The notes under the pieces: model-generated
Told to the model about the DNA's origin: nothing
What the model saw: the letters and a program-made list of their open reading frames with translations, nothing else
The model's database searches: none
Shown: one piece after another, positions 1 to 10,750 of the stretch
Layout of the letters: every line of letters begins with the position of its first letter
How positions within the stretch are numbered: position 1 is the stretch's first letter
Source of the DNA: Octopus bimaculoides
Taxonomy: Eukaryota
DNA: 38,023 nt
Direction: 5' to 3'
Assembly: GCF_001194135.2 (NCBI RefSeq)
Contig: NC_068996.1
Span: 13,663,222 to 13,701,244, forward strand
Position numbers and translations under genes: made by a program

Positions 1-36
<36 letters not shown>

Positions 37-185
37 CAATGTTAATTCTCTAAATGAAGTATTAACAGTAACTGGACGCTTATGAAAAAAACTAGAAATT
101 GTTTATGTTCATATACACGTAGTTATATATGGTGATGAAGGTGGATTCTCTTGTTGTATTTTACGATACAAACAATAATTAGTCA

Positions 186-255
186 GTGGGCAGTTTAGCC
201 TAATGGCAAAGCACTCGGCGGGAGTGTTGGGGGAGGTGGGTTCGAGATTCATGTT
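186..255 (+). ncRNA. Degenerate tRNA-like sequence (probable SINE head or tRNA pseudogene)
   Basis: Pol III A box TAGCCTAATGG (196-206) and B-box-like GGTTCGAGATT (239-249) at tRNA spacing. T-arm GTGGG/TTCAT and an anticodon-arm-like stem pair only with G.U wobbles, so it is not an intact tRNA. Confidence 0.55.
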
Positions 256-415
256 TGTTTGTTGACAAATGTTTCTGCTTTCTAACAGTAACTTACCCTG
301 TATTTTTGCTGTTCTCACGGCAATTCTGCGTTCGAAAAGTATCATATTGGTATCGTAAAACATATGTGTGTGTGTGTATGTATTATATATATACATATAA
401 TATCTTTCTATCTAT

Positions 416-475
<60 letters not shown>

Positions 476-523
476 TTGTTTTGCAAGATTTTTTATGTGA
501 AATCGTGTGTTGAAACAGATGTT

Positions 524-794
524 GTTGTACTTGGGGATGGCCATATTGCCAGTTTAGCCAATAAAAACACACGCACTGTATTGATAGTTAGCAAGGTGAG
601 ACACACATAAGAAAGAAGGAAACAAAGGACCACTGATGAGGTCACAGAAGTGTGACGAAAGAACTCTGGCCGAAATAAGATTAAGATTAAGATTAATGTA
701 ATATAAAGCTGAAAAAAAAAAAAATTAACACCAAATATACAGTGCGTGTGTTTTTATTGGCTAAACTGGCAATATGACCATCCCCAAGTACAAC
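524..794. repeat. 58-bp inverted repeat pair (524-581 / 737-794) around a 155-bp spacer
   Basis: GTTGTACTTGGGGATGGCCATATTGCCAGTTTAGCCAATAAAAACACACGCACTGTAT matches the reverse complement of 737-794 with one mismatch. The right arm runs into the N gap at 795. Confidence 0.9.
627..671 (+). ncRNA. Minimal type I hammerhead ribozyme motif (PLE-type)
   Basis: GGACCA-CTGATGA-G-GTCACA/GAAG/TGTGAC-GAAA-G-AA-C-TC-TGGCC. Intact CUGAUGA and GAAA core, perfect 6-bp stem II, 2-bp stem III, CUC cleavage triplet, stem I 4 of 5 pairs, one extra nucleotide after A9. Confidence 0.7.
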
Positions 795-1790
795 NNNNNN
801 NNNNNNNNNNNNNNNNNNNNNNNNNNNNNNNNNNNNNNNNNNNNNNNNNNNNNNNNNNNNNNNNNNNNNNNNNNNNNNNNNNNNNNNNNNNNNNNNNNNN
901 NNNNNNNNNNNNNNNNNNNNNNNNNNNNNNNNNNNNNNNNNNNNNNNNNNNNNNNNNNNNNNNNNNNNNNNNNNNNNNNNNNNNNNNNNNNNNNNNNNNN
1001 NNNNNNNNNNNNNNNNNNNNNNNNNNNNNNNNNNNNNNNNNNNNNNNNNNNNNNNNNNNNNNNNNNNNNNNNNNNNNNNNNNNNNNNNNNNNNNNNNNNN
1101 NNNNNNNNNNNNNNNNNNNNNNNNNNNNNNNNNNNNNNNNNNNNNNNNNNNNNNNNNNNNNNNNNNNNNNNNNNNNNNNNNNNNNNNNNNNNNNNNNNNN
1201 NNNNNNNNNNNNNNNNNNNNNNNNNNNNNNNNNNNNNNNNNNNNNNNNNNNNNNNNNNNNNNNNNNNNNNNNNNNNNNNNNNNNNNNNNNNNNNNNNNNN
1301 NNNNNNNNNNNNNNNNNNNNNNNNNNNNNNNNNNNNNNNNNNNNNNNNNNNNNNNNNNNNNNNNNNNNNNNNNNNNNNNNNNNNNNNNNNNNNNNNNNNN
1401 NNNNNNNNNNNNNNNNNNNNNNNNNNNNNNNNNNNNNNNNNNNNNNNNNNNNNNNNNNNNNNNNNNNNNNNNNNNNNNNNNNNNNNNNNNNNNNNNNNNN
1501 NNNNNNNNNNNNNNNNNNNNNNNNNNNNNNNNNNNNNNNNNNNNNNNNNNNNNNNNNNNNNNNNNNNNNNNNNNNNNNNGGGGGGGGGGGGAGACGTATG
1601 TGTGCGTGCGTATGTTTGTGTGAGTGTCTATGTGTGTGTTGTGTGTGTACGTGCGTAAGAAAGAACATATTTACTAACAGAAAAATATGCTATTAAAATA
1701 AATTACCTTTTACATACATATGCACACAAATATATATGACAGACATTTGGACGAGTACATATAAGTTTACCTGCATATTGTATGCACACA

Positions 1791-1964
1791 AGCGCAGCCG
1801 TGACTATGTGGTAAGGATTTTGCTTCCAAACCACATGGCTTCAGGTTCAGTCCCACCGCTTGGCACATTGGACAAGTATCTTTGCACATTGGGCAAGCTG
1901 TAGCTTAGGGCCGACCAAACCTTGTGAGTGGATTTGGTAGACGGAAACTGAAAGAAGTATATAC

Positions 1965-2002
<38 letters not shown>

Positions 2003-2200
2003 GTCTTTGTGTCTGTATATATCCCCCACCATCGCTTGACAACTGGTGTTGGTATGTTTACGTCCTTGTAACTTAGTGGTTCAGTAAAGGAGCTATAGAA
2101 TAAATTCCAGTCTTAAAAAGCTAGGCACTGGGTCAATTCGTTCGTCTAAGAATTATTTAAGGCACGCAGTCTAGTGACTGTAACACTTAAAAGATAAAAA
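1791..2200 (+). mobile_element. tRNA-derived CORE-type SINE, diverged copy
   Basis: Aligns along its length with the copies at 18981 and 24003: tRNA-like head, GGCAC(A/C)TTGGGCAAG core, GTGAGTGGATTTGGTAGACGGAAACTGAAAGAAG, internal (TG)n, CCCCCACCATCGCTTGACAAC tail. Confidence 0.85.
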
Positions 2201-2520
2201 GTACATTCAAACACATGCGCGCACCCAACGAACACACGCATGTCACATCCACGCACACACACACACGCACACAAATCCACATACACACACACATAAATAA
2301 TACGCACACGCACACAAACTCTCCATTAAGAGGATCATACAACTCAAACTACAAGTGACATATCGAATACGGAGCTGCCAATTTCCAAAACCGACCAGTG
2401 AACAATCGGTGTGTTTTACATTCTTCAATATCGGTTTTAACCCGATTTCTAATCGAAATTTTGAAAAGAAATTCAAATATGTTTAATATATATAAATATA
2501 AATATATACACACACATTTT

Positions 2521-2746
2521 TTTTCTACTCTAAGCACAAAGCCCGAAGTTTGTGGGGAGAGGGCCAGTCGATTAGATCGACCTTAGCACGCAACTGATTT
2601 TTAATTTATCGCCCCCCCCCCTCCCCAAGGATGAAAAGCAAAGTCGACCTCGGCGGAATTTGAACCCAGAACGTAAAGACAGACGAAATAACGCTAAGCA
2701 TTTCCCCCGGTGTGCTAACGTCCCCCCCCCCCAGCTAGCCGCCTTA
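2521..2746 (-). mobile_element. Second tRNA-derived SINE family
   Basis: Minus strand reads TAAGGCGGCTAGCTG..CGTTAGCACACCGG..GGGTTCAAATTCCGCCGAGGTCGACTTTGCTTTTCATCC..CGATAAA, with A/B-box-like head. Recognised from memory as an abundant octopus SINE. Confidence 0.7.
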
Positions 2747-2931
2747 CACACAGAGATATATATATATAATTTTTCATAGAAAACTATGTAATCGTTACCA
2801 ATATAGCAGGAGATTTCACCGCAAAAAGGTCTAAATTAGACTCCTTAGATAAAAACGTGTTGTAGGCTGAAACAATGCGAAATGGTACAGGAATGTGAAA
2901 CAACAAAATTGACGACAGGACAAGTGTTGAA

Positions 2932-3112
2932 TATAGGGAGAATTCACAAAAAAAAAAAAAGACGAAAACAGGTGGTGTAGAAAACAAACAGATGCCTTAG
3001 TATAACGGTTCGGGAATTGAAAAAGTCATTAACGTTTCGAGCCTACGCTCTTCCACAGAAAGAAACATAGAAAGAAACAAGGAGAGAGAAAAAAATGTGT
3101 GCTGTCGTTAGC
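2932..3112 (-). mobile_element. Penelope-like element 3' terminal repeat (solo copy)
   Basis: Homologous to 8934-9021, 20529-20810 (which adjoins a PLE RT fragment) and 37565-37850. Contains a hammerhead-like motif at 3031-3058. Confidence 0.7.
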
Positions 3113-3149
3113 AATGGAGTCTCCTGTCGAAGACAACGTGTGAGCGTTC

Positions 3150-3405
3150 AGCTTCTGCCGAACGACCAGTGCAAATGATTTTCTTATAGTGATCAAACGT
3201 TTGTGGTGTACATTAATTAGCTCTCGCTCTCTCCATCAGATTGACGTTGTCTGGACAGGTGCACAAGCGTACCACGTGTCAGATTGATGAAGTGATCACA
3301 AAGAAACGTGAGATGAAGTATTTTGCTCAAGAACGTAGCGCACCACTCGGTCTAAAAACCGAAATCACGATCGAGCGATCATAAGAGGAACGCCTCAAAC
3401 CACTA
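3150..3405 (-). mobile_element. Third tRNA-derived CORE-type SINE family
   Basis: Minus strand has TAGTGGTTTGAGGCG head, GTCGTGATTTCGGT B-box-like region and TCTTGAGCAAAATACTTCATCTCACGTT (CORE-like CTTGAGCAAG motif). Confidence 0.6.
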
Positions 3406-3733
3406 ATATACACAGATATACATAAGTACTTGCACACACACATACATATGTACATATATTTGTATGTATGGAGATATATATGTGTATGTATGTATATTAA
3501 ATAAAAACTTGATGAGACCGAAACAATGCAAAACGAAATGTAACCTTTAGCTTGTATTTACTTTGAAATACAAGCTAACACTTTAACACTTGTTCTGTCG
3601 TCAATTTTGTTGTTTCACATTCCTGTATCATTTCGCATTGTTTCAGCCTACAAAACGTTTTTATCTAATAGAATACCGTACAACGCTTCGCCCTAACTAT
3701 TGTATTCTAAAACACAAGCGCGCGCATGTATAT

Positions 3734-3738
<5 letters not shown>

Positions 3739-3830
<92 letters not shown>

Positions 3831-3834
3831 CACA
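3739..3834. repeat. (CA)n microsatellite
   Basis: About 48 CA units with one interruption; source of the HTHT/VCVC ORFs. Confidence 0.98.
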
Positions 3835-4018
3835 TGTATGTATGTATGTATGTGTGGTGTGTTTGTGTGTATACAGCCCGATTTTAATCTAAATTTTAAT
3901 CTAAATTGCATGACATATAGCCAATACATAGATCTCCACATGCATTCTTATACATAAAAAGCGAAAACTATGAGAGTTCTTATTGTAATTCCAAGTTTCC
4001 TTTCATTCGTCTTTATAG

Positions 4019-4060
4019 TTAGAGGGATCACAAAGTACACGTAGAATGAAAAACAAACAG
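4019..4060 (+). other. Candidate 42-nt exon (LEGSQSTRRMKNKQ)
   Basis: Acceptor TTTCCTTTCATTCGTCTTTATAG and donor CAG|GTGAGT; length is a multiple of 3 and open in phase 0. No protein recognised. Confidence 0.35.
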
Positions 4061-4568
4061 GTGAGTTTATTTTAGAATTATTTATTTACGTCATCTTACA
4101 AGCGTTTCCTTAATAATAATGCTAAAATCCGTTACACAACGAAAATGTTCTACATAGATTACAATATCAAATCATCCGAAATGATATAAACCTACCACAA
4201 TATATATATATATGTATACTCACACACAAATGCACACACATACACACACAAGCATATATATATGATGGTAGTGGGTGTCTATATGTATACTGGTATACAT
4301 TTATGGACGTACATATTCCTATTGTTTTCAGCATATTTTGGTATTCCAGGTAGTAAAATTAGAAAACTTTGACAAATGAACATGCATGCGTATGAAGGTC
4401 TATAAATGGGTAATGCTCATATCATGTCTATATATTCGTAATTTTTCTTTTTCAGTATCAGAATATGTGGAGCGTAAATGTGTATTTATGTATAAACACA
4501 AGCACGAGCGACTATATACAATCATGCACATATGCATACATGTACGCGTATAAATATAAATATATATA

Positions 4569-4721
4569 GGCGCAGGAGTGGCTGTGTGGTTGATTCCCAG
4601 CCACATAGTTCCGGGTTCAATTCTATTCCGTGGCACTCTGGGCAAGCGTCTTCTACTATAGCCTCGGGCCGACCAAATCCTTGTGAGTGTACTTGGTAGA
4701 CGGAAACTGAATGCAGCCTGT

Positions 4722-4730
<9 letters not shown>
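4569..4730 (+). mobile_element. 5' half of the main CORE-type SINE
   Basis: GGCGCAGGAGTGGCTGTGTGG..GGGCAAGCGTCTTCTACTATAGCCTCGGGCCGACCAAA..GGTAGACGGAAACTG, as at 24003; ends in (TA)n. Confidence 0.9.
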
Positions 4731-4770
<40 letters not shown>

Positions 4771-5236
4771 AAATTTAATTCAAAGAAAGTTAGAGGTTGG
4801 GAATCCAACCAACTAAGGGATAGTATCTATCCAATATACTGCTGGTAGAATACTCAATTAATACACAAGTGTTGGATATTGCGTAGCAATTACTCCACTT
4901 AGTATAATAATTAGGCGAGTGTAATAAGTGGTTTTTACCCTTAATTTATATGGCAAGAAGGAAATGGAGGGAATTCATCAGTTGTTAGCTTTGGGTAAAA
5001 TAAATTACAAGGTGATCAGTTAATTTTGATTTTATTTCCCTCTCAGATTCATACACTTAATGCAGCAGTCTTTCAGTTTTTCTAGCTCCTATAAAAGAAC
5101 TCAGAAGGTTGGGCTTCCAACCAGGCCTTTTCGCGATGCCCTTAGAGCCAGGAGCGTTTCGGTACTCACCATATGTACATATGCATATGTACGAAGTACA
5201 TATCAAAAAGTTCTCGGTCTAGTACATATGCATATG

Positions 5237-5800
5237 TACGAAATACATATCAAAAAGTTCTCGGTCTAGTTGTGTTTAATAGAAAATAGCTTACCTAAAT
5301 TTTAAATCCATCTACTTCGAAATAGTCACCTTGCGCAGCAATATACCGGTCCCAGCATTTTTGCCATTTTTGGAATCCGGCCTAGAAGTCGTTGAAGGTG
5401 TTCCAGATCGCTCATCGGCTACCATTGTCATTCTTCCGCTTTTGAAGCGCCTGTGCCACTCGAAACATTGCTTGCAACCCATTGCCTCGTCGCTGTAAGC
5501 TTGCCAAAACAAGCTCAATGTCTCTGCAGTAGACTTTTCAAGTTTAACGCAAAATTTCACGTTTGACCTTTGTTCCACGTTTGACCTTTGTAGTCATGAC
5601 AAAAATCGCAGACTACAGCAGATACAGCGGATAAAAAAAAAGCTCAAATTTCACAACTTGCGAAGTAAAGACAGCGTTGCCGCTCGGCACACTGTCTCAT
5701 GAAGGACACTGCTAGCTCCCACTACGTACACAACCGTGTGCTACAGTCTCTTGGCACACTACATAACTAGTCCAGGAACGTTTTGATACCACCACCTTTA
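5237..5800 (-). mobile_element. Internally deleted mariner element
   Basis: TIR pair ..ATCAAAAAGTTCTCGGTCTAG (5237-5269) / CTAGTCCAGGAACGTTTTGAT.. (5767-5800) with TA ends. ORF 5312-5578 MEQRSNVKFCVKLEKS..AY.DEAM..FEWHRRFKSGR..DERSGTPST is the mariner N-terminal HTH, joined to the 3' end; catalytic domain missing. Confidence 0.85.
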
Positions 5801-5805
5801 TACAT

Positions 5806-5807
<2 letters not shown>

Positions 5808-5885
<78 letters not shown>
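5808..5885. repeat. (TG)n microsatellite
   Basis: Pure TG run between the two mariner elements. Confidence 0.98.
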
Positions 5886-5896
<11 letters not shown>

Positions 5897-5897
<1 letters not shown>

Positions 5898-6430
5898 GCA
5901 TGGTGCAGTCGGGAATTTCGAGACATTTTCAGGAAATATTAATTTCAAAAAGAGTACAAAACAATAATCTCCAACATCAAAGTAGGATCTTCTAACTTCA
6001 ATGCACTTATTGTAACGCCCCAATTGCTTCATGTACGCCCCATGGAAGTCCTTCAAAGTGAAGATATCCAGAGCCCTTGTCACTGATTCTGTTATCTTGA
6101 AAATAACTGTTCCTGAAAATCTACCGCTTAAGGAGGACACTGGGAACACATGTTGCAAGAAATTTCTGCGTGTTCAGATCTTCATTGAGCAATCGGAAAC
6201 CATATTCTATTCATACAGGTTAACCCTTAAGCAGTCTTGAGCATTTCATAAGTTTCAGTAGCGTGTTTGCCCAGTTAGACACAATACTTTATTGTATATC
6301 GAAGTTCCAATTTCGAATATCGGGAGATCAGCGTATTACATGTATAGTAAAGATATACTAAAATTATAGTAATATAAAACAGTTATAAATGCTTCTCCTA
6401 AGTCTCAAACCTTCTGGAATGCACCGCAGA
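5897..6430 (-). mobile_element. Second internally deleted mariner element
   Basis: Imperfect TIRs TGCATGGTGCAGTCGGGAATTTCGAGAC / GTCTCAAACCTTCTGGAATGCACCGCAGA flanked by TA. Minus strand gives IKYCV*LGKHATETYEMLKTA (HTH start) and VTRALDIFTLKDFHGAY..RYNKCIEVRRSYF (mariner C-terminus). Confidence 0.8.
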
Positions 6431-6475
6431 TATAGGCGTATAAATATTCTTCTAACATGATATACCTTGCATGTG

Positions 6476-6509
<34 letters not shown>

Positions 6510-8933
6510 ATATTTTTCATGTGGGTTCAGAAGTAAGCAAGTGCAATATATATGGGCAACTACTACCTACATAGCGTAACGCACATCAACCAATATTCAC
6601 ATGCACGAATACATGCATACAGATACACAAGTATATACGCAAAGCATATAAAGAAAACGGCATACACACCTCACTGTCTGTATGTATACACATTTGTTTA
6701 ACGTTAAAGCAATGGATGTTTTGTGTGTACATGCACAGATACATGTGTGTTAGTATATATGCTCTGATGTTATTCTTCACAGTGTAAGCGCACCTATCTA
6801 TATACTTTTATGATGTTATTCTTCTGCATATTAAACGTATAGGCTGAAAGCATGGGGAGCAGAGCTGTTCACAAATATGTCAGTTACTCCAGGTATTGGT
6901 TGGAATAAAAGTAATTTATAGCAAAAGGGATTTCAAATAAATTCGAATGAAATGTGTCTGTGAAGTCCCCTTTGTGTAAGAATCGAAGAGGTTACATAAA
7001 TAGAGATACAGGTGATTGCTGTTTACAATGAAAGCGAATGTGTCTCGAGAAACACATGATCATACTGCACGTAGTAATAAAACGTATAATTGATAATAAA
7101 AAAAAAGGATATTAGAAAGTTTACTTCGGTGGCTATGAAAGTTGTTATGATATTCTTTCCTCCTGCGAAAACAAGAAAAATTCCAGCGTTGAGTTAAAAA
7201 ATATGTAGTTTCATCAGTATGTTCTTTTCGTTTGTAATATGAATCTAACGTTGTGCAAAGGTGGTAGCTGATTTTTTGATTCACACGTTGACATACAGAA
7301 ATCTTTGAGAGACCAAACATACTTATAATGCATGGTGTTACATGTTGTATATACGTCCCTGAATGAATGAATTTGCTCGTTAAATGTTGTTTTAAGGATG
7401 TTTGTTGGATGACTTTTACAATTTCAAAGTGGTTTTTGATTTAGAATATTTCGCACCACACTACACTTTTGTTTTTAAGAGATCTACTGTCTAGTAACAT
7501 GCCAATTTACTTAAGGGTAGTGATGTTAATGTTTCAAAATTGTCCTGTTAGTTATTATGGAGGAAACAAATTTACCACAGCTTAATACATCTTTCGTTGA
7601 AGAATTTGCGAAACCTATAATCTTTGGAGGAACGTTTATTTATTAGGTGTGGTAAGGATCAGCTGTTGTTTGACCGGATATGCAAGTAAAGTTGACCGTT
7701 ATTATTATGTTATCTCCCATTTTATGCTCGCGATTTTTCTGTTTATTTTTCTTCTTAGAATTACTTAAAGATCTCAAGTTCTCATGTAAAGTGTATAAAT
7801 GTATAGTTATTCATATCATCATATATTTATATTACGATCCTGCCTTTATTCTCAGCGATTCATTCAATTTTGCCTTTAACTCTGACTTCTGTCAAAATCT
7901 CTGCATTGACTCAATATCCCCTACTCTTCTTATCACTCTCTCTAGTATAATGTTTTATTATCAGTAACCTTCTCCACGTAATCTTCCTAGCTATAACACC
8001 ACAAATTCACAGCATCCTCTTCACTCATATAGTAAATGCCTTTCACCACTTATCATCATTTCCTTATTCACTGCTCCCTTTCCTCCTTTATCTTATTGCT
8101 TCACGTTCCTTAATGTCTCTTACATTTTATCAACCATAATTTAACCATTTTCATGTATTTTTTCAAATTAATTTGTGTATTTTTGATATGTGCACCTTTA
8201 CATTTTTTATAAATATCAGTTTCAGATATTTAGCTTATTTCATCACTCCTCTTTCAACCTTTGTTAATTTGTTTTTATTTCGATTATTTATATTATTTAT
8301 TTTCTTTTATGCACAATGGTTATATGGATCAACATAAAAATTCTTCTAGTGTAATAATATGATTAAATAAAAACTTGTATATANNNNNNNNNNNNNNNNN
8401 NNNNNNNNNNNNNNNNNNNNNNNNNNNNNNNNNNNNNNNNNNNNNNNNNNNNNNNNNNNNNNNNNNNNNNNNNNNNNNNNNNNNNNNNNNNNNNNNNNNN
8501 NNNNNNNNNNNNNNNNNNNNNNNNNNNNNNNNNNNNNNNNNNNNNNNNNNNNNNNNNNNNNNNNNNNNNNNNNNNNNNNNNNNNNNNNNNNNNNNNNNNN
8601 NNNNNNNNNNNNNNNNNNNNNNNNNNNNNNNNNNNNNNNNNNNNNNNNNNNNNNNNNNNNNNNNNNNNNNNNNNNNNNNNNNNNNNNNNNNNNNNNNNNN
8701 NNNNNNNNNNNNNNNNNNNNNNNNNNNNNNNNNNNNNNNNNNNNNNNNNNNNNNNNNNNNNNNNNNNNNNNNNNNNNNNNNNNNNNNNNNNNNNNNNNNN
8801 NNNNNNNNNNNNNNNNNNNNNNNNNNNNNNNNNNNNNNNNNNNNNNNNNNNNNNNNNNNNNNNNNNNNNNNNNNNNNNNNNNNNNNNNNNNNNNNNNNNN
8901 NNNNNNNNNNNNNNTATATATATATATATATGG

Positions 8934-9021
8934 GAGAATATACAAAAAATAACAACAGACGAGGACAGGTGGTGTAAATAACAAAAGTATATATTAGTAT
9001 GACGCTCGGGAATACGGAAAG
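8934..9021 (-). mobile_element. Truncated PLE terminal-repeat copy
   Basis: GGGAGAATATACAAAAAATAACAACAGACGAGGACAGGTGGTGTAAA..TTAGTATGACGCTCGGGAA matches 2936-3018; abuts (TA)n. Confidence 0.7.
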
Positions 9022-9579
9022 TATATATATCAGATGCGTTTTAATGTAAAACTTCGATTATTACAGCTATATTTCAAAAGATTTTATAGAGTTTAATAGA
9101 CATGAAGTAATTTTATGTTTACCGAGCTCTCTGCTAAGATGCTCTACATGAAAAACTATTTCTGTTACATTTGCGAGATATTAATTTATATTGTTACTTA
9201 AAACATATATACACATTAGCATAGCCACATGTGCAGGCGCGCGCCCATATGCTCACATTTATATATGTATATATATCTGTTTGTGTGTGTATGTGTGTAT
9301 GTGCATGTATATGTGTATCTGTGTTTATATATGTATATATCTATGTGTGCATATGTGTTTGTGTGTGTTTGTCCATGTATATAGGAACACATATATATAA
9401 TCTTTATTTTTAACCAGCCAATCAAGTACCTATGTTTGAACTGCCAATCACATAGCTTAGCCGCTTCAAATCAAAGTTTCCAATCACTTGTCAAACACAT
9501 TTATTGTCAAACACATACATGGACACAGATATATGCGCGCATACACCTCTGTCTTTGTTTTACTTACTCGTCATATCTA

Positions 9580-9584
<5 letters not shown>

Positions 9585-9661
<77 letters not shown>

Positions 9662-9683
9662 CATCTAGCTATCTATTTATATA

Positions 9684-9714
<31 letters not shown>
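9585..9714. repeat. (TCTA)n plus (TA)n compound microsatellite
   Basis: Direct reading; runs into the gap. Confidence 0.95.
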
Positions 9715-10580
9715 NNNNNNNNNNNNNNNNNNNNNNNNNNNNNNNNNNNNNNNNNNNNNNNNNNNNNNNNNNNNNNNNNNNNNNNNNNNNNNNNNNNNNN
9801 NNNNNNNNNNNNNNNNNNNNNNNNNNNNNNNNNNNNNNNNNNNNNNNNNNNNNNNNNNNNNNNNNNNNNNNNNNNNNNNNNNNNNNNNNNNNNNNNNNNN
9901 NNNNNNNNNNNNNNNNNNNNNNNNNNNNNNNNNTACAAAAGAACTCCCAAAATATATATAAAAAATCAATAATCAATATTTGCATAAAAAACTTCAATAA
10001 TTAAATGTTTTTTTTTTAATATAAAAAGTGGGAAAAAAATAGACAAAAACATAATCAGACAGAAAAAGAAAAACAAAAAATGAAATCGAAAGCAAACAAA
10101 ACACACCCACCCACACATATACGCACACTGTAAAGATTAGAAGAAAAAAAAAAGAAAACAGTTTTTTTTTTTTCTGTTGGCATTTCTCTGAAGTTTATCT
10201 TTACATCGCGATATCCGTTTGTTATTTGAGATATTAACCATTGTTTCGTTTGAAGCAACAGTAATCCAAATTCTAGAACAAAAAATTGATTTTAGCTACA
10301 AGTTTGATGCAACTAACTTTATACGTCATCTGAATCCAGGGCACAATACCCGCCCAGCGAATGTTATTTTCATGTAGCTAACTATATAAATGGTTGTTCT
10401 ATTTTTAACATAATCTTACTTATTGCTGTTTTAGTAGGGTTTTGTTGTTGTTCGAACCATGTTTACAACTGTATTTTTCTTCGCACAGTCCATTACGTTC
10501 ATCGATTCGCACCGAACTATGTATATGACAACTGTGGGAAATGCTCCTCCCCGACAATGACATAAGTTCATAAACATATG

Positions 10581-10638
<58 letters not shown>

Positions 10639-10716
10639 AATTACATATTTATACATATATATATATATATGTATAAATATATATATATATATACACATAT
10701 GTATGTATACACACAT

Positions 10717-10750
<34 letters not shown>

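Larger units (their letters stand above)
2845..3668. repeat. 84-bp inverted repeat pair (2845-2928 / 3585-3668)
   Basis: The arms are reverse complements with 3 mismatches in 84 bp. Confidence 0.9.

Noticed and set aside
746-1696. Long ORFs made of X residues (also 8329-8984, 9436-9997, 21041-22644, 31412-32294, 33382-34188, 36061-36450)
   Set aside because: They are open only because N gaps contain no stop codons. Real coding content is limited to the PLE RT edge at 21189 and the LINE part of 33382-34515.
3507-3530. TTGATGAGACCGAAAC as a minimal hammerhead
   Set aside because: C3 missing, essentially no stem II, no stem I.
3590-3957. HTHT/VCVC/YIYI/HTYI-rich ORFs here and throughout the window
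   Set aside because: Translations of dinucleotide and tetranucleotide microsatellites.
7480-7620. Possible degenerate GIY-YIG fragment (SSN..IYL..QNCPVSYYG)
   Set aside because: The downstream R..H motif is absent and no RT or terminal repeat is linked; too weak to call.
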